From an uncultured Pseudodesulfovibrio sp. (lineage in GTDB: Bacteria > Desulfobacterota > Desulfovibrionia > Desulfovibrionales > Desulfovibrionaceae): a stretch of DNA of 64,000 bases. The stretch lies in NCBI GenBank assembly GCA_963675635.1, contig OY776488.1, positions 411,740 to 475,739 of the forward strand, written 5' to 3'. Below are positions 38,357 through 52,271 of the stretch, piece after piece. A program made the translations under genes and the position numbers. The notes below the pieces were generated by a model that ran no database searches, had not been told where the DNA came from, and saw nothing but the letters and a program-made list of their open reading frames with translations. How positions within the stretch are numbered: the stretch's first letter is position 1; each line of letters starts with the position of its first letter.

Positions 38357-39637
38357 TTAGAGGCCTTCGGCGTAGAGTTCGATGACGTGTTTCACGTCCA
38401 TCTTCGCGTGCTTCTGGGAAAGCATGTCAGTGATCTGGAGCATGCAGGCGGGACAGCTGGTCGCGGCGGTTTGAGCGCCGGATGCCAGAATGTTGTCCGC
38501 CTTGTGGCTGCCGATCCTTTTGGACACGTCGTAGTGGGCGATATTGAAGCTTCCGCCGCAACCGCAGCAGGTACCGGCTTCCGCCATTTCCTTGAAGTCG
38601 CATCCTGCAGCCTGGATGATGGTCCTGGGCTGCGAGGTGACGCCGAGGGAGTTTTTAAGGTGGCACGGGTCGTGGTAGGTAACGCCTCGGCCTCCCTTGA
38701 TTTCCTTGGATTCTACTCCGAGAATATCCACCAGGAATTGGCTGATGTCCAGAGTCTTCTTTTCCAATTGTGCAAGGTCGTATTTCAGAGCGGAGTTGCC
38801 TTTATACATATGGGGCCACAATTCTTTGATGGTGGCTGTGCATGTTGCGCACCCAGTGACGAGGTAGTCGAATTCACCTGACTGGAGACGTTTCATGTTG
38901 AGACCTACCAGAGTATCAAAGGTGTCGGTGTCGCCGCTGGAAAGGGCCGGGATGCCGCAGCAGGCCTGGCCGGAAGGCATGAACACACCGACGCCGTGGT
39001 GGTCGAGTACTTTGAGAATGGCTTCACCCACCTGGGGGAAGATCTTGTCGATAACGCAGCCCACGTAAAAGGCTACTTTGATGCCGGATTTTCCGGCAGG
39101 AGTATCCAGCTCCGGCACTATTTTGTGCAGGGGCTTGGATGCCAGGGTGTTGAAGTGACGATCGCCGATGATCGGTGCATTGAACCGGGCACAGCTTGAG
39201 CCAAGCATGTCATCCACTTTTTTGGTGAATAATCCTTGGAATTTAGCACCCATTCCGGTCAGAGCGTTGAACAACTTGGGGTTCTTGAGCATACCGCGGA
39301 AGATGGCCTTTTTCGCCGGGGACAGGCCGAAATAGCCGGTCATGATGGCGCGAGCCTTCAGGAAAATATCCATGACGGATACGCCGGACGGGCAGTTGGC
39401 CTGACAAGTGCCGCAGAGCAGACAACGATTGAGCTTCTCGTTGACGCCTTCCGGGTCTTCGAGCATCTCGTTCGCAAGCCCTTCCAGCAGAGCGAGCTTG
39501 CCGCGGGTGACATCGGTCTCACGACCGCTTTGGGCGAAGACCGGGCAAACAGCCTGGCACATGCCGCATTTCATGCAGCCGACCAGCTGGTCGTCCAGCT
39601 CCTTGAACATATGTGCGAGTTTGTTGATATCTGCCAT
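38357..39637 (-). CDS. Fe-S/CCG-domain subunit of D-lactate (glycolate oxidase-type) dehydrogenase, GlcF-like
   Basis: CMKCGMCQAVCP and CLLCGTCQANCP ferredoxin motifs plus two CCG-type Cys-rich domains. AAGGGGG RBS at the ATG at 39637. Confidence 0.88.
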   Translation of the reverse strand: MADINKLAHMFKELDDQLVGCMKCGMCQAVCPVFAQSGRETDVTRGKLALLEGLANEMLEDPEGVNEKLNRCLLCGTCQANCPSGVSVMDIFLKARAIMTGYFGLSPAKKAIFRGMLKNPKLFNALTGMGAKFQGLFTKKVDDMLGSSCARFNAPIIGDRHFNTLASKPLHKIVPELDTPAGKSGIKVAFYVGCVIDKIFPQVGEAILKVLDHHGVGVFMPSGQACCGIPALSSGDTDTFDTLVGLNMKRLQSGEFDYLVTGCATCTATIKELWPHMYKGNSALKYDLAQLEKKTLDISQFLVDILGVESKEIKGGRGVTYHDPCHLKNSLGVTSQPRTIIQAAGCDFKEMAEAGTCCGCGGSFNIAHYDVSKRIGSHKADNILASGAQTAATSCPACMLQITDMLSQKHAKMDVKHVIELYAEGL

Positions 39638-39647
39638 GACCGCCCCC

Positions 39648-41036
39648 TTAGGACCTGGGACCGACAATCTTGTCGGGGTTGAGGATGCCCTTGGGGTCGA
39701 GGACGGACTTCATGCGACGAGCGTATTCCAGCGTGCCACGAGAAGTTTCCAACTCCAGATATTTGGATTTCGCCAAGCCGATACCATGTTCACCGGACAA
39801 CGTTCCGCCCATGGAGAGGGCTTTGTCGAAGATCATGTCGATGCCCTTTTCCACGCGTTCCCATTCCTTCTTGTCACGTTTGTCGGTCAGGATGGTGGGA
39901 TGCAGGTTTCCGTCTCCGGCGTGACCGAACGTACCGATGGTCAGGTCAAGCTTCTTGGAAATGTCTTCCAGAGCCTGAATCATTGCCGGAATCTTGGAGC
40001 GCGGTACAGTGGCGTCTTCCAGAACACACGTCGGCTTGAGCTTGGCCAGCGCGGGCAGAGCATCGCGGCGGGCCTGCCAGACTGCGTCGCGTTCAGCGGC
40101 GTCTTTGGCAACTTTGAGTTCAGTGGCCCCATTGGCCTTGCAGATTTTTTCGACCATGGCGGCTTCGTCTTCCACCTGTGCGGGGTGACCGTCTACTTCG
40201 ATAAGCAACAGGGCTGCGGCGTCGACAGGCAGTCCTGCGCCACGGAAGTTCTCAACTGTGCGGATGGTGAAGTTGTCCATCATTTCGAGGGTTGCAGGAA
40301 CGATCTTGTTGGCGATAATGGCGGCAACGGTTTCGGAAGCGGCCTTCATGGAGGGGAAGATCGCCATCATGGACTTTGCGGCTTTAACAGGCGGAATGAG
40401 TTTGAGAATGATCTTGTCGAATACACCCAAAGTACCTTCGGAAGCGACCATCAAACCAGCGAGATTATACCCGGTGACGCATTTGACAGTGCGGGAGCCG
40501 GATTTAATCAATTCGCCGTTCACGTCCCAAAAGTCTACGCCCATGACGTAGTCCTTGGTCACACCGTACTTGAGACCGCGAAGGCCACCGGCGTTCTCAG
40601 CAACGTTTCCGCCGAGGGTGGAGACGGTCTGGCTGCCCGGGTCCGGGGGATAGAACAGGCCGCGTTTGGCGACTTCTGCTGCGAATTTGGCAGTAACGAC
40701 ACCAGGCTCGACCACGGCGTACATGTCTTCTTCATTGATTTCGAGAATGCGGTTCAGACCATTGGTCAGGACCACGATACCGCCGGGATGCGGGATAGTT
40801 CCACCGGAAAGGTTGGTGCCGGCACCGCGAACGGTGAGAGGCAGGCCGTTGTCGTTGCACAATTTGGTGACGGCTCCAAGAGCTTCGCTCGTCTCGGGGC
40901 GGACCACCAATGCGGGCATGACAGAGTCAAGCACGGCGGCGTCATAGGAATAGGCGTGACGGTCAGTCTCGCTGGTCATAACGTTGTCGGCACCGGCTAC
41001 GGCTTCGAACTCTTTGACAATGGCATCTTTGGTCAT
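39648..41036 (-). CDS. FAD-binding oxidase, GlcD-like D-lactate dehydrogenase
   Basis: FAD_binding_4 pattern (VVRPETSEA..., RGAGTNLSGG) and C-terminal GEHGIG. 462 aa. Confidence 0.9.
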   Translation of the reverse strand: MTKDAIVKEFEAVAGADNVMTSETDRHAYSYDAAVLDSVMPALVVRPETSEALGAVTKLCNDNGLPLTVRGAGTNLSGGTIPHPGGIVVLTNGLNRILEINEEDMYAVVEPGVVTAKFAAEVAKRGLFYPPDPGSQTVSTLGGNVAENAGGLRGLKYGVTKDYVMGVDFWDVNGELIKSGSRTVKCVTGYNLAGLMVASEGTLGVFDKIILKLIPPVKAAKSMMAIFPSMKAASETVAAIIANKIVPATLEMMDNFTIRTVENFRGAGLPVDAAALLLIEVDGHPAQVEDEAAMVEKICKANGATELKVAKDAAERDAVWQARRDALPALAKLKPTCVLEDATVPRSKIPAMIQALEDISKKLDLTIGTFGHAGDGNLHPTILTDKRDKKEWERVEKGIDMIFDKALSMGGTLSGEHGIGLAKSKYLELETSRGTLEYARRMKSVLDPKGILNPDKIVGPRS

Positions 41037-41058
41037 GATCGACTCCTAAAAATATTAT

Positions 41059-41076
41059 ATGCCCAGTGATGTCCAG
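41059..41076 (-). promoter_or_regulatory. weak sigma-54 promoter candidate upstream of the glcD-like gene
   Basis: The minus strand reads CTGGACATCACTGGGCAT (GG-N10-GC spacing is correct), but only the core dinucleotides and a few flanks match. Confidence 0.25.
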
Positions 41077-41127
41077 GGCTTATTGTGTATGGTTGAGTGT
41101 TCTTACTATTAATGCGTTGCGTAACAA

Positions 41128-41153
41128 GGGAGGCGAGGGTGTCCTCGCCTCCC
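41128..41153 (-). terminator. GC-rich hairpin (attenuator or processing/stability element) between lctP and the glcD-like gene
   Basis: GGGAGGCGAGG-gtgt-CCTCGCCTCCC 11-bp stem 13 nt after the lctP stop, with only a partial T-tract. Confidence 0.5.
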
Positions 41154-41166
41154 TGTGTACTCTACT

Positions 41167-42876
41167 TTAGAACAGGCCCGGCAGGAATACGAAGCTCATT
41201 AAAGAAGCAACGATACCGACAACCAGACCGTACAGCAGGAAGGGCCATACAGTCCGCTTCAGGATCTGGCCTTCCATGCCGGACAAGCCGACCACCGCGC
41301 ACACAGCGACGATGTTGTGGATGCAGACCATGTTGCCCATGCCGCCACCGACAGCCTGAGCGGCTACGATGATCTGACGGGGCAGTTCAAGCTGGGTTGC
41401 AACGCCCCACTGGAATTCCGCAAACAGCAGGTCGGAAACTGTGTTGGAACCAGTGATGAAGGCACCTAGACCACCAACGTAGGAAGCGAACATCGGCCAG
41501 GCGTTGCCGGTGATGTTTGCCACTGCTTCAGCCATTGCCAAGGGCATGGAGGGGTAGTTGTTGGGGTTCAGGGCGGCATCAACGATACCGGAACCACGGA
41601 AGATGGACACCAGAGCGACCGCTGCGAACAGGGCGATGGTGGGGTTCTTCATGGTTACAATGGCCTGGGTCCATGCGGCCTTGACCTTGGAGCCGGGCAT
41701 ACCGTGGATCAAAACGGTCAGCAGGGCGACCAGGGTGAACGGAATGGAGCCGGGCAGGTAAAGATACGCAATGGATGCGTTGACACTTTCAAAACCGAGA
41801 ATGGCGCTGAACTTAATGGCCTGAGCGGCAAGAATGCCTTTGAGACCGAGTTCGGGAATACGGGTGATAACAAGGATTGCGCCGATGAGGATGTACGGCA
41901 ACCATGCCTTGAACTGACTCATGTGGGGCTTGAACTCTGTGGAACCACCGGAAACGGAACCCGTCCACTCCGGGTCCCACTTGTCAGCAGGACCGAAGTC
42001 CCAGGTTGTCTTGGGAACACAGAAACCGGCTTTGGCACCGGCGATGATAACGCCCAGACCGACAAGGCCACCGATCAGCGATGGGAACTCGGGGCCGACG
42101 TTCCATGCAAAGAACAGGTACGGTACGGTGAAGGCAACGGCTGCGAACATGCAGAATTTCCACGCGGCCAGACCGGGCTTCCAGCTCCGTTCAGGACCGA
42201 AGAAACGGGTCACGAAACCGAGCATGAAGACAGGCAGAATGAAGATCATGCCGAGGTGCATGAGGGTAGCCCACTGCCCGACGAGGCCGATGAAATCACC
42301 CTGATTGGCGAAGTTGACGCCAGGGGCGCCGGTTGCCACGGCTTCGGCAACGCCGGGAGCCAGGTATTTCAGGCCGAGAATGACCGGGGTACCGACTGCA
42401 CCGAAGGTAACCGGGAAAGAGTTGAAAACGAGACAGACAATGGCTGCCGCCAGGGGTGGGAAGCCAAGGGAAAGCAGCAGCGGGGCAGCCAGGGCTGCAG
42501 GGGTTCCGAAACCGGCTGCACCTTCAAGGAAGGCTGCGAACATGTAACCAATGATAATGGCCTGGATACGGCGGTCAGGCGAGATGTTCTGCATCCCGTA
42601 CTGAATGGTTTCCATGCCGCCTGATTGCTGAAGTGTCCGCAAAATCAGGATGGCGCCAAAGACGATAATCAGGATGCCGATGGCCGTCACAAACCCCTGA
42701 AGGGTCAGGGCGGCAACATATTTCATGGGGAGTCCCCAAACCATGACAGCCCCGGCGGCTGCAGTGAGCCATGCGAGGGGCATGGCTTTGGTAGCAGGCC
42801 AACGCAGGCCGACCATGAGAACCAGTGCAACCAGAATAGGCAGCAGTGCGACTAATGCAAGCACTTCCAATGACAT
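41167..42876 (-). CDS. lctP: L-lactate permease (LctP family)
   Basis: 569 aa and polytopic. The N-terminus and overall layout are typical of LctP/GlcA permeases. Confidence 0.92.
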   Translation of the reverse strand: MSLEVLALVALLPILVALVLMVGLRWPATKAMPLAWLTAAAGAVMVWGLPMKYVAALTLQGFVTAIGILIIVFGAILILRTLQQSGGMETIQYGMQNISPDRRIQAIIIGYMFAAFLEGAAGFGTPAALAAPLLLSLGFPPLAAAIVCLVFNSFPVTFGAVGTPVILGLKYLAPGVAEAVATGAPGVNFANQGDFIGLVGQWATLMHLGMIFILPVFMLGFVTRFFGPERSWKPGLAAWKFCMFAAVAFTVPYLFFAWNVGPEFPSLIGGLVGLGVIIAGAKAGFCVPKTTWDFGPADKWDPEWTGSVSGGSTEFKPHMSQFKAWLPYILIGAILVITRIPELGLKGILAAQAIKFSAILGFESVNASIAYLYLPGSIPFTLVALLTVLIHGMPGSKVKAAWTQAIVTMKNPTIALFAAVALVSIFRGSGIVDAALNPNNYPSMPLAMAEAVANITGNAWPMFASYVGGLGAFITGSNTVSDLLFAEFQWGVATQLELPRQIIVAAQAVGGGMGNMVCIHNIVAVCAVVGLSGMEGQILKRTVWPFLLYGLVVGIVASLMSFVFLPGLF

Positions 42877-42917
42877 TATGAATTCCTCCTAAAGCGTGAG
42901 AATAATTTCTCACCGTG

Positions 42918-42973
42918 TTGAAAACAATACGCGGGGCGGATTAGGCTAAGCCTCCGCAACAACTCCGCCCCGC
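42918..42973 (-). terminator. hairpin terminator/attenuator after por
   Basis: GCGGGGCGGA...TCCGCCCCGC 10-bp outer stem, followed on the minus strand by GTATTGTTTT. Confidence 0.6.
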
Positions 42974-42988
42974 GCAAACATCTAGTGT

Positions 42989-46627
<3,639 letters not shown>

Positions 46628-46661
46628 TTAAGCGGATGCTGTGTCGTTGTGTACTTCCTTA

Positions 46662-46677
46662 CTCAACATCCGTGCCA
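46662..46677 (-). promoter_or_regulatory. sigma-54 (-24/-12) promoter of the por-lactate operon
   Basis: The minus strand reads TGGCACGGATGTTGAG (TGGCAC-N5-TTGA), about 70-80 nt upstream of the por ATG, with an AT-rich region upstream. Confidence 0.7.
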
Positions 46678-46861
46678 ACGAAGCTCAATAGCCTTTTGTT
46701 CAATAAAACATAACCTTTAGTATTTTATCAGCCCTTTTAAATATGATATGTACTTTCGTGGCAGTCTGAAAAAAAAGACGGATGCATATGGAAATGGGAG
46801 GGCTGTTTATTTCAAAGTACAGCAATTGCAAGGGTTGGACATGATAATTTTGTGTGCACGT

Positions 46862-46899
46862 AAAAAAAAGACAAGTCTGATTTTTCAGACTTGTCCTTT
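46862..46899 (-). terminator. rho-independent terminator after tag
   Basis: GACAAGTCTGA-loop-TCAGACTTGTC stem followed by T8 on the minus strand. Confidence 0.9.
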
Positions 46900-46923
46900 G
46901 ATATTGTTGTAACGAAAGAGATA

Positions 46924-47487
46924 CTACGTCGTTTTTGTCTGAATCCATGCAGGTTTTTCTTCAAGTATTTTCTTGTAGGTGGGGCAGGATTCAATATGGG
47001 CTCCTTGTAGATAGCCGCTACTCATCAGGAACTCGCTCACAATTTCTCCTCCGACAAATTTGAAGTGCTTTTTGAACAGTTTGGTCCAATCTTCTTTGGT
47101 GAGTGGGTGATGCATATCCAGCCATTTCTTGAATGAACCGTATTCTTCTTTGAAATTCAGGATAACTTGCGCATTGTAAATGGCGGCTCCGATTTTCAAG
47201 CGATTACGAATGATTCCGGCATCATTGAGCAGACGCGTTCTGTCTTTTTCTTCATAACGGGCGATTTTTTCAATATCGAACTGATCGTATGCTTCTCTGA
47301 AATTATGTTGTTTGTTCAGTATGGAGCGCCAACTGAGACCTGCCTGGTTTATTTCCAGAATCAATCGGCCGAACAGTTCGTTATCATCTTCAATCGGAAA
47401 CCCGTATTGTGTGTCATGGTATACTCTGTCGACATCTTCTTCGTCGAAACTCCAGCATGCTTCACAGTAGGAATTGAACTCGGCCAT
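46924..47487 (-). CDS. tag: DNA-3-methyladenine glycosylase I
   Basis: YHDTQYGFP, EINQAGLSW and GIIRNRLKI motifs. The ATG at 47487 lies 12 nt after the RR stop. Confidence 0.88.
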   Translation of the reverse strand: MAEFNSYCEACWSFDEEDVDRVYHDTQYGFPIEDDNELFGRLILEINQAGLSWRSILNKQHNFREAYDQFDIEKIARYEEKDRTRLLNDAGIIRNRLKIGAAIYNAQVILNFKEEYGSFKKWLDMHHPLTKEDWTKLFKKHFKFVGGEIVSEFLMSSGYLQGAHIESCPTYKKILEEKPAWIQTKTT

Positions 47488-47498
47488 GAATGACACCT

Positions 47499-48941
47499 TT
47501 AGAGGGAAAGACCGTACTTCTTGAGCAGGCTGTAAAAATGTGAGCGGGAGAGCTTGGAAACGGTGAGTATCTTCGTGAGATCTCCGTTGCATTGTCGTAT
47601 AAGTTCGCCGAGATAGATCTTTTCTGCCATCCCTTTGAAGTCCCTGAGTGATGGGAGTTCCTGGTCGAAAATGTCCTCAAAAATGTCTTGTCCGATTTTT
47701 CGGACAGGTTCGGCGACCGTAGTATCTTCTTTGTCAGATACGAGCCCAGTACCGGTCATTCGCTCGATCTGTGCTTTGGCCATCCTGATACGGATTTCTC
47801 GTGGAAGATGCATGGCGTACAGTGTTTTTTCATCACCTGCAGCGACGACGGCTCGTTCAAGAGTGTTGAATAATTCTCTGACGTTACCGGGCCAGTTGTA
47901 GCTTGCCAAAGCCGGATGGAAGTCTGATCCAAGTGCCTTGGATTCCATGCCGTACTGTTGGCAGAGTTGACGTACCCGGAAGGCACAGAGGGCTCGTATA
48001 TCCTCTGGACGATTCATGAGCGGCGGCAAGTGAATGTGCATGGTTTTGAGCCGGTAAAGCAGGTCTGCACGGAATTCGCCTTGTTTGACCATGTCTTCAA
48101 GGTTTCTGTTGGTTGCGGCTACCAACCTGAAATTACTTGTTTGTTCGCGCGTGTCTCCTACCGGACGGAAGGTGCGTTCCTGAAGCACCCGGAGAAACGC
48201 CTTTTGCATGGAGAGTGGCATTTCTCCTACTTCATCGAGGAAAAGAGTGCCTTTATCGGCCAGTTTAATCAGGCCGATACGGTCATGTTGTGCCCCGGTA
48301 AATGCGCCTTTGCGATGACCGTATAACGTCGATTCCAGCAGGGATTCAGTCAGTCCGGCACAGTCCACAACAACGAAGTTTCCAACTTTTCGTTTGGAAT
48401 TCTCGTGTATTGTGGCAGCAAAAAGCTCCTTTCCCGTTCCAGTCTGTCCGGTAATGAGGACATTGCTGTCGGACCGTGCCGCTTGGGACAGGAGGTTGAA
48501 ACTTGCCTTAATACTCGGGCTTTCGCCGACCACTCCGGTCAGATCCAGTGATCCATGGCTGTTGGCTCCGCCTTTTTTCTCATGATATTTCAGAGCACGA
48601 CCAAGAGTAAGAGATATTTCACGGATGCTGGATGGTTTGAGCAGATAGTCCCACGCTCCGCCTTTGATCGCCAGTTCGGCACCGTCTGGGTCGCCTTTGC
48701 CGGTCAGAATGATGACTTCTGGCGGGTTGGGGATGGCCATGATATCCGGCAGGATGTCCAGACCATTCCCGTCAGGGAGGCTGACATCAAGAAAGACGAC
48801 GTCGAATTCGCTCAGTCGGGCCTGATGTAACCCGTCCTCCTTGGTATGGGCGGAAGCGCATTCGTGGGAAAGCCTTGTTATCAGGCTTTCCATGGTCTCA
48901 CAGATTTCAAAGTCATCGTCGATAATCAGAATCCGGGCCAC
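47499..48941 (-). CDS. sigma-54-dependent response regulator (REC, AAA+, HTH; NtrC family)
   Basis: [10 protein letters not shown]...DVSLPDGNG receiver, [15 protein letters not shown]-terminal HTH. Confidence 0.95.
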   Translation of the reverse strand: MARILIIDDDFEICETMESLITRLSHECASAHTKEDGLHQARLSEFDVVFLDVSLPDGNGLDILPDIMAIPNPPEVIILTGKGDPDGAELAIKGGAWDYLLKPSSIREISLTLGRALKYHEKKGGANSHGSLDLTGVVGESPSIKASFNLLSQAARSDSNVLITGQTGTGKELFAATIHENSKRKVGNFVVVDCAGLTESLLESTLYGHRKGAFTGAQHDRIGLIKLADKGTLFLDEVGEMPLSMQKAFLRVLQERTFRPVGDTREQTSNFRLVAATNRNLEDMVKQGEFRADLLYRLKTMHIHLPPLMNRPEDIRALCAFRVRQLCQQYGMESKALGSDFHPALASYNWPGNVRELFNTLERAVVAAGDEKTLYAMHLPREIRIRMAKAQIERMTGTGLVSDKEDTTVAEPVRKIGQDIFEDIFDQELPSLRDFKGMAEKIYLGELIRQCNGDLTKILTVSKLSRSHFYSLLKKYGLSL

Positions 48942-48944
48942 TTG

Positions 48945-51587
48945 TTATTCTCCCTCGGTCATTGTCAACACGCTGTTAATGGCTTGGGACAAATCCTTTT
49001 TGTCGTAAGGTTTGATAACCACCCGTCGGATATTCGGCAAGTGGCTGGCTGCCGATGCCGCATCTTCCCGACCTGAGACGAGAATTATAGGCAGGTCCGG
49101 TTCGATCCCGGCGAGTCGTGTGGCGAGTTGTGTGCCACTAATCTCAGGCATGTCATAGTCGGTTATGACCAGGTTGAATTCATGTTTACCGTTGGCGACA
49201 AGATCAACCGCTGTTGCCGGATTGTCCATGGCCACCACTGTACACCCCATGGTTTCGAGCAGGCGCGGGGTCGTCTGTAACTGATCTTGATCGTCTTCAA
49301 CAAAGAGAATGTGGGCACCGACCGAAGAACTTCCATTGGCTGTAGACCCGTTATTGTTTTGGTTCTCGGCACTTTTGGGCAAATAGATGGAAAAGACCGT
49401 GCCACCGCCTTGGCGTGGTGATACGTGCAGTCCGCCTTTGTGGCTCCGGACGATACCGTGCACAACTGCCAGTCCTAGGCCGGTCCCTTCGGTCTTGTCT
49501 TTGGTGGAAAAGAAGGGCTCAAATATTTTATCCAGTATGTCCGGTGAGATACCCGGCCCGTTGTCTTCGACGACCAAACGGACGTATTCGCCGGGAATGA
49601 GTCCAAGCATATCTGCATCATCTTCGGCCAGATCGGCTTGATCCAAACGAACAGTGATGATCCCGCCGGTTTCACGCAGGGCGTGAAAAGCGTTGGTACA
49701 AAGGTTCATTGCCACCTGATGAATCTGGGTGGGGTCGGCAAGCACGTGGGCCAGAGTCGGTGCAATGGCTGACCGGACTTCGATGTTTCTGGGCATGGAC
49801 GATTCCATGAGGCCAAGCACTTCGTGTATGACTGCTCCTACGTCAGTTGACCGGAATCCTTCGGTTGACGGACGGCTGAATGCGAGAATCTGCTTGACCA
49901 CGCGCCCACCCCGCCGTGCTGCTTTGAGTACCCGCTTCAGGTCTTTTCCCGTAACTGACTCCGGGTCGATATCTCCGACGGCAAGCTCGGTTGAATTGAT
50001 GATTGATGTGAGGATATTGTTGAAATCATGAGCGATACCGCCTGCCAGTGTGCCAATGGCTTCCATCTTCTGGGATTGCAGGAGCTGTTTTTCCAGATTG
50101 CGTTCCTTGGTGATGTTTTCAGCCGTACTTAACACGCCGACAATCTGCCCGGACCGATCATTGATAGGGACTTTGTTGACTTCAATCCATGCTGGATCTC
50201 CGTTGGCATCCAGCAGTTTTCGTCTGATCTTTCTGAAGGCGTGTTGGCTTTGGATGACGGCTTGATCTGCCCGTACCGCCCAATCCACATAGTCAGGGTC
50301 GCGAATGATGTCACGAGACGTCTTGTTGTTCGCTGCAAGGCTGTTTTTTATACCGAAGAACTCGGCAAACGCCCGATTTGTACCAAGATACCGTCCATTG
50401 ACGTCTTTCCATGAAACCAGTTGGGGTACCGTGTCCATGAGTGTCTGCTGAAAGGCAAGTTGATCTTTGATTTTGCGTTCGACCTTGCGCCGTTCGATCA
50501 TTCCCAGGATGAGAAATATGAGGACAAGGAGGAGCAGGGCAAAGCTGACCATGATAGTCCAGAAAAGCTCTTTTGGCAGTTCGTAGAAAGCTTTAGGTGC
50601 ATTGATGATCCGACTCTCTTTTGGCAATTGGGACTTGTCAATGTTAAGTCGTTGCATCACATTGTAATCAAAGAGATATTCACCCATTGGTGTCCGGTAT
50701 ATCGGGATGGCGTCCGGAGAAATCCCATCGAGAACCTTGAGCGCCAGCTTGGCGGCTGTCTGGCCGTGGAGGAACCCTGAAATCATTCGGCCGCCTACTG
50801 TGCCGTGACCAAGCAGGAATTCCCATGAAGTGTAGATGGGTACGGTAGAATATTGGTAAATAGACTCAACAACTTCTTCGGCAGTAGAAAAGCGGCCCCC
50901 AATAACCTGATACGAAGGAATGGCAAATAGGAATGTATCGTCCGGGAGCGTTTTGACACGTTCCAGAACTGTTTGCATGGACATGTCAATCCAGTAATCA
51001 ACACTGAGCTTGTCTTTAAACTGTGGGACAGCGGCTTCAACCTGGTGTCTGATGGCAGTGCCAGCGGTGGAAGAGTCTCCTACCACAATCATGTGAGTTT
51101 TCTCTGGATGTAACTTCATAGCGACATCCAGTGTCTTTGCCATATCGAAAAGTTCAACAACGCCAGTAATATTGTCTTGCTTCAAGTCTTTTGCTTCAAG
51201 GTCGTTAACACCACAGAAGACTATCGGAACTTCCGGAAAGAGTTCGTTTCGATATTGAGAGGCAAAAGTGAAGGCGTCGTTGTCGGAGACCATCACAAGA
51301 TCAAACTGTTTCTTGGCGAATTTTTCTTTATAGAGCCGAAGAAACAACGCTGTTACATCTTCATAGTTGTAACGTTTTGCATCCATATACTCTATTTGGA
51401 GGTCGATTTTGTATTGACTTTCGTCCAACACGGAGCGGACGCCTTCGAGAATTGAATCCGACCATCTGTACCCATGGTGATAAGAGTTCAGGTACAGGAT
51501 ACTTTTTTTGGGTTTTTCTGCGAAAGCCAGTCCTGGCAACAGCCAGGTCAGGGTCAGAATGAGTAGGGCCCATTTCAGTTTGTTCAT
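48945..51587 (-). CDS. hybrid sensor histidine kinase (periplasmic ABC_sub_bind-like domain, TM, PAS, HisKA, HATPase, REC)
   Basis: Signal/TM segment, then KSILYLNSYHHGYRWSD. H-box GGIAHDFNN, G-boxes GTGLGLAVV, and a C-terminal receiver (HILFVEDD...). Confidence 0.93.
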   Translation of the reverse strand: MNKLKWALLILTLTWLLPGLAFAEKPKKSILYLNSYHHGYRWSDSILEGVRSVLDESQYKIDLQIEYMDAKRYNYEDVTALFLRLYKEKFAKKQFDLVMVSDNDAFTFASQYRNELFPEVPIVFCGVNDLEAKDLKQDNITGVVELFDMAKTLDVAMKLHPEKTHMIVVGDSSTAGTAIRHQVEAAVPQFKDKLSVDYWIDMSMQTVLERVKTLPDDTFLFAIPSYQVIGGRFSTAEEVVESIYQYSTVPIYTSWEFLLGHGTVGGRMISGFLHGQTAAKLALKVLDGISPDAIPIYRTPMGEYLFDYNVMQRLNIDKSQLPKESRIINAPKAFYELPKELFWTIMVSFALLLLVLIFLILGMIERRKVERKIKDQLAFQQTLMDTVPQLVSWKDVNGRYLGTNRAFAEFFGIKNSLAANNKTSRDIIRDPDYVDWAVRADQAVIQSQHAFRKIRRKLLDANGDPAWIEVNKVPINDRSGQIVGVLSTAENITKERNLEKQLLQSQKMEAIGTLAGGIAHDFNNILTSIINSTELAVGDIDPESVTGKDLKRVLKAARRGGRVVKQILAFSRPSTEGFRSTDVGAVIHEVLGLMESSMPRNIEVRSAIAPTLAHVLADPTQIHQVAMNLCTNAFHALRETGGIITVRLDQADLAEDDADMLGLIPGEYVRLVVEDNGPGISPDILDKIFEPFFSTKDKTEGTGLGLAVVHGIVRSHKGGLHVSPRQGGGTVFSIYLPKSAENQNNNGSTANGSSSVGAHILFVEDDQDQLQTTPRLLETMGCTVVAMDNPATAVDLVANGKHEFNLVITDYDMPEISGTQLATRLAGIEPDLPIILVSGREDAASAASHLPNIRRVVIKPYDKKDLSQAINSVLTMTEGE

Positions 51588-51600
51588 TTATCCTCCGCAG

Positions 51601-51616
51601 TGGCACCGTTCATGCA
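51601..51616 (+). promoter_or_regulatory. sigma-54-type -24/-12 element on the plus strand
   Basis: TGGCACCGTTCATGCA (TGGCAC-N5-aTGCA). It lies inside the HK leader and points toward the Dabb gene about 235 nt away. Confidence 0.45.
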
Positions 51617-51644
51617 CTATGTTTTTCATACTCCTTGGAGCATA

Positions 51645-51660
51645 TGCAAAGGTTGGGCCT
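51645..51660 (-). promoter_or_regulatory. sigma-54-type -24/-12 promoter of the HK-RR-tag operon
   Basis: The minus strand reads AGGCCCAACCTTTGCA (GGC-N8-TTGCA, correct GG-N10-GC spacing), about 45-50 nt upstream of the HK ATG. Confidence 0.5.
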
Positions 51661-51863
51661 TTGACGGATAATGTCAAGTCTCACTATATGGGCATGCAGT
51701 GGGATATGCCAGGCAGCAGGTGTCATTCCAAGTCGTTATATTTTTATCGGTAGGGTGACAAATAGTTTGAAAATGCTTATTGTGAATTAAGTGGACAAAT
51801 AACTTTTTTTCAGCATTTGAACTATTCATTTGTAATTATTGATCTAAAAAGAGGGAATATTCA

Positions 51864-52166
51864 ATGGTCAGACATATTGTCATGTGGACGTTGAAAGAGG
51901 AAGCGGAAGGGGCATCTGCTCTGGAGAATGGGGCAAAGATGAAAGAAATGCTGGAATTGCTTAACGGACGGATCGAAGGGTTGCAGCATCTTGAAGTCAG
52001 TTACGATATCATCGCAGCTGAACCGGAATGTCACATCGTTTTGTGCTCGGAACATGACGACGTGGATGCATTGAATCACTATCAGGGGCACCCTGAGCAT
52101 CAGGCGTGTGTTTCCTTTGTGAAAAAGGTCGCATCAGGCCGCAAGGCTTTGGACTATGTCATCTAG
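51864..52166 (+). CDS. Dabb (stress-responsive alpha/beta barrel) family protein
   Basis: MVRHIVMWTLKEE... and HYQGHPEH. 100 aa. Confidence 0.85.
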   Translation: MVRHIVMWTLKEEAEGASALENGAKMKEMLELLNGRIEGLQHLEVSYDIIAAEPECHIVLCSEHDDVDALNHYQGHPEHQACVSFVKKVASGRKALDYVI

Positions 52167-52271
52167 TGAATTGATTTGGATTGAATCGGTTTTAGTGGGG
52201 ATGATCTTCGGCGGTGTGAATCCAAACGAACGCGGCGGTAAGGAACAATGAACCGCGCCAAGGAGGATATC

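Noticed and set aside
39408-41069. 553-aa plus-strand ORF opposite the glcD-like and Fe-S subunit genes
   Set aside because: It spans two well-supported minus-strand genes and their junction. It is Gly/Val/Asp/His-rich and has no motif.
41115-41123. The 9-mer TTGCGTAAC is shared between the lctP-glcD spacer and the CBS-operon leader (58368-58376)
   Set aside because: Shared 9-mers are expected many times by chance at this scale, so it is not used as evidence for a common regulator.
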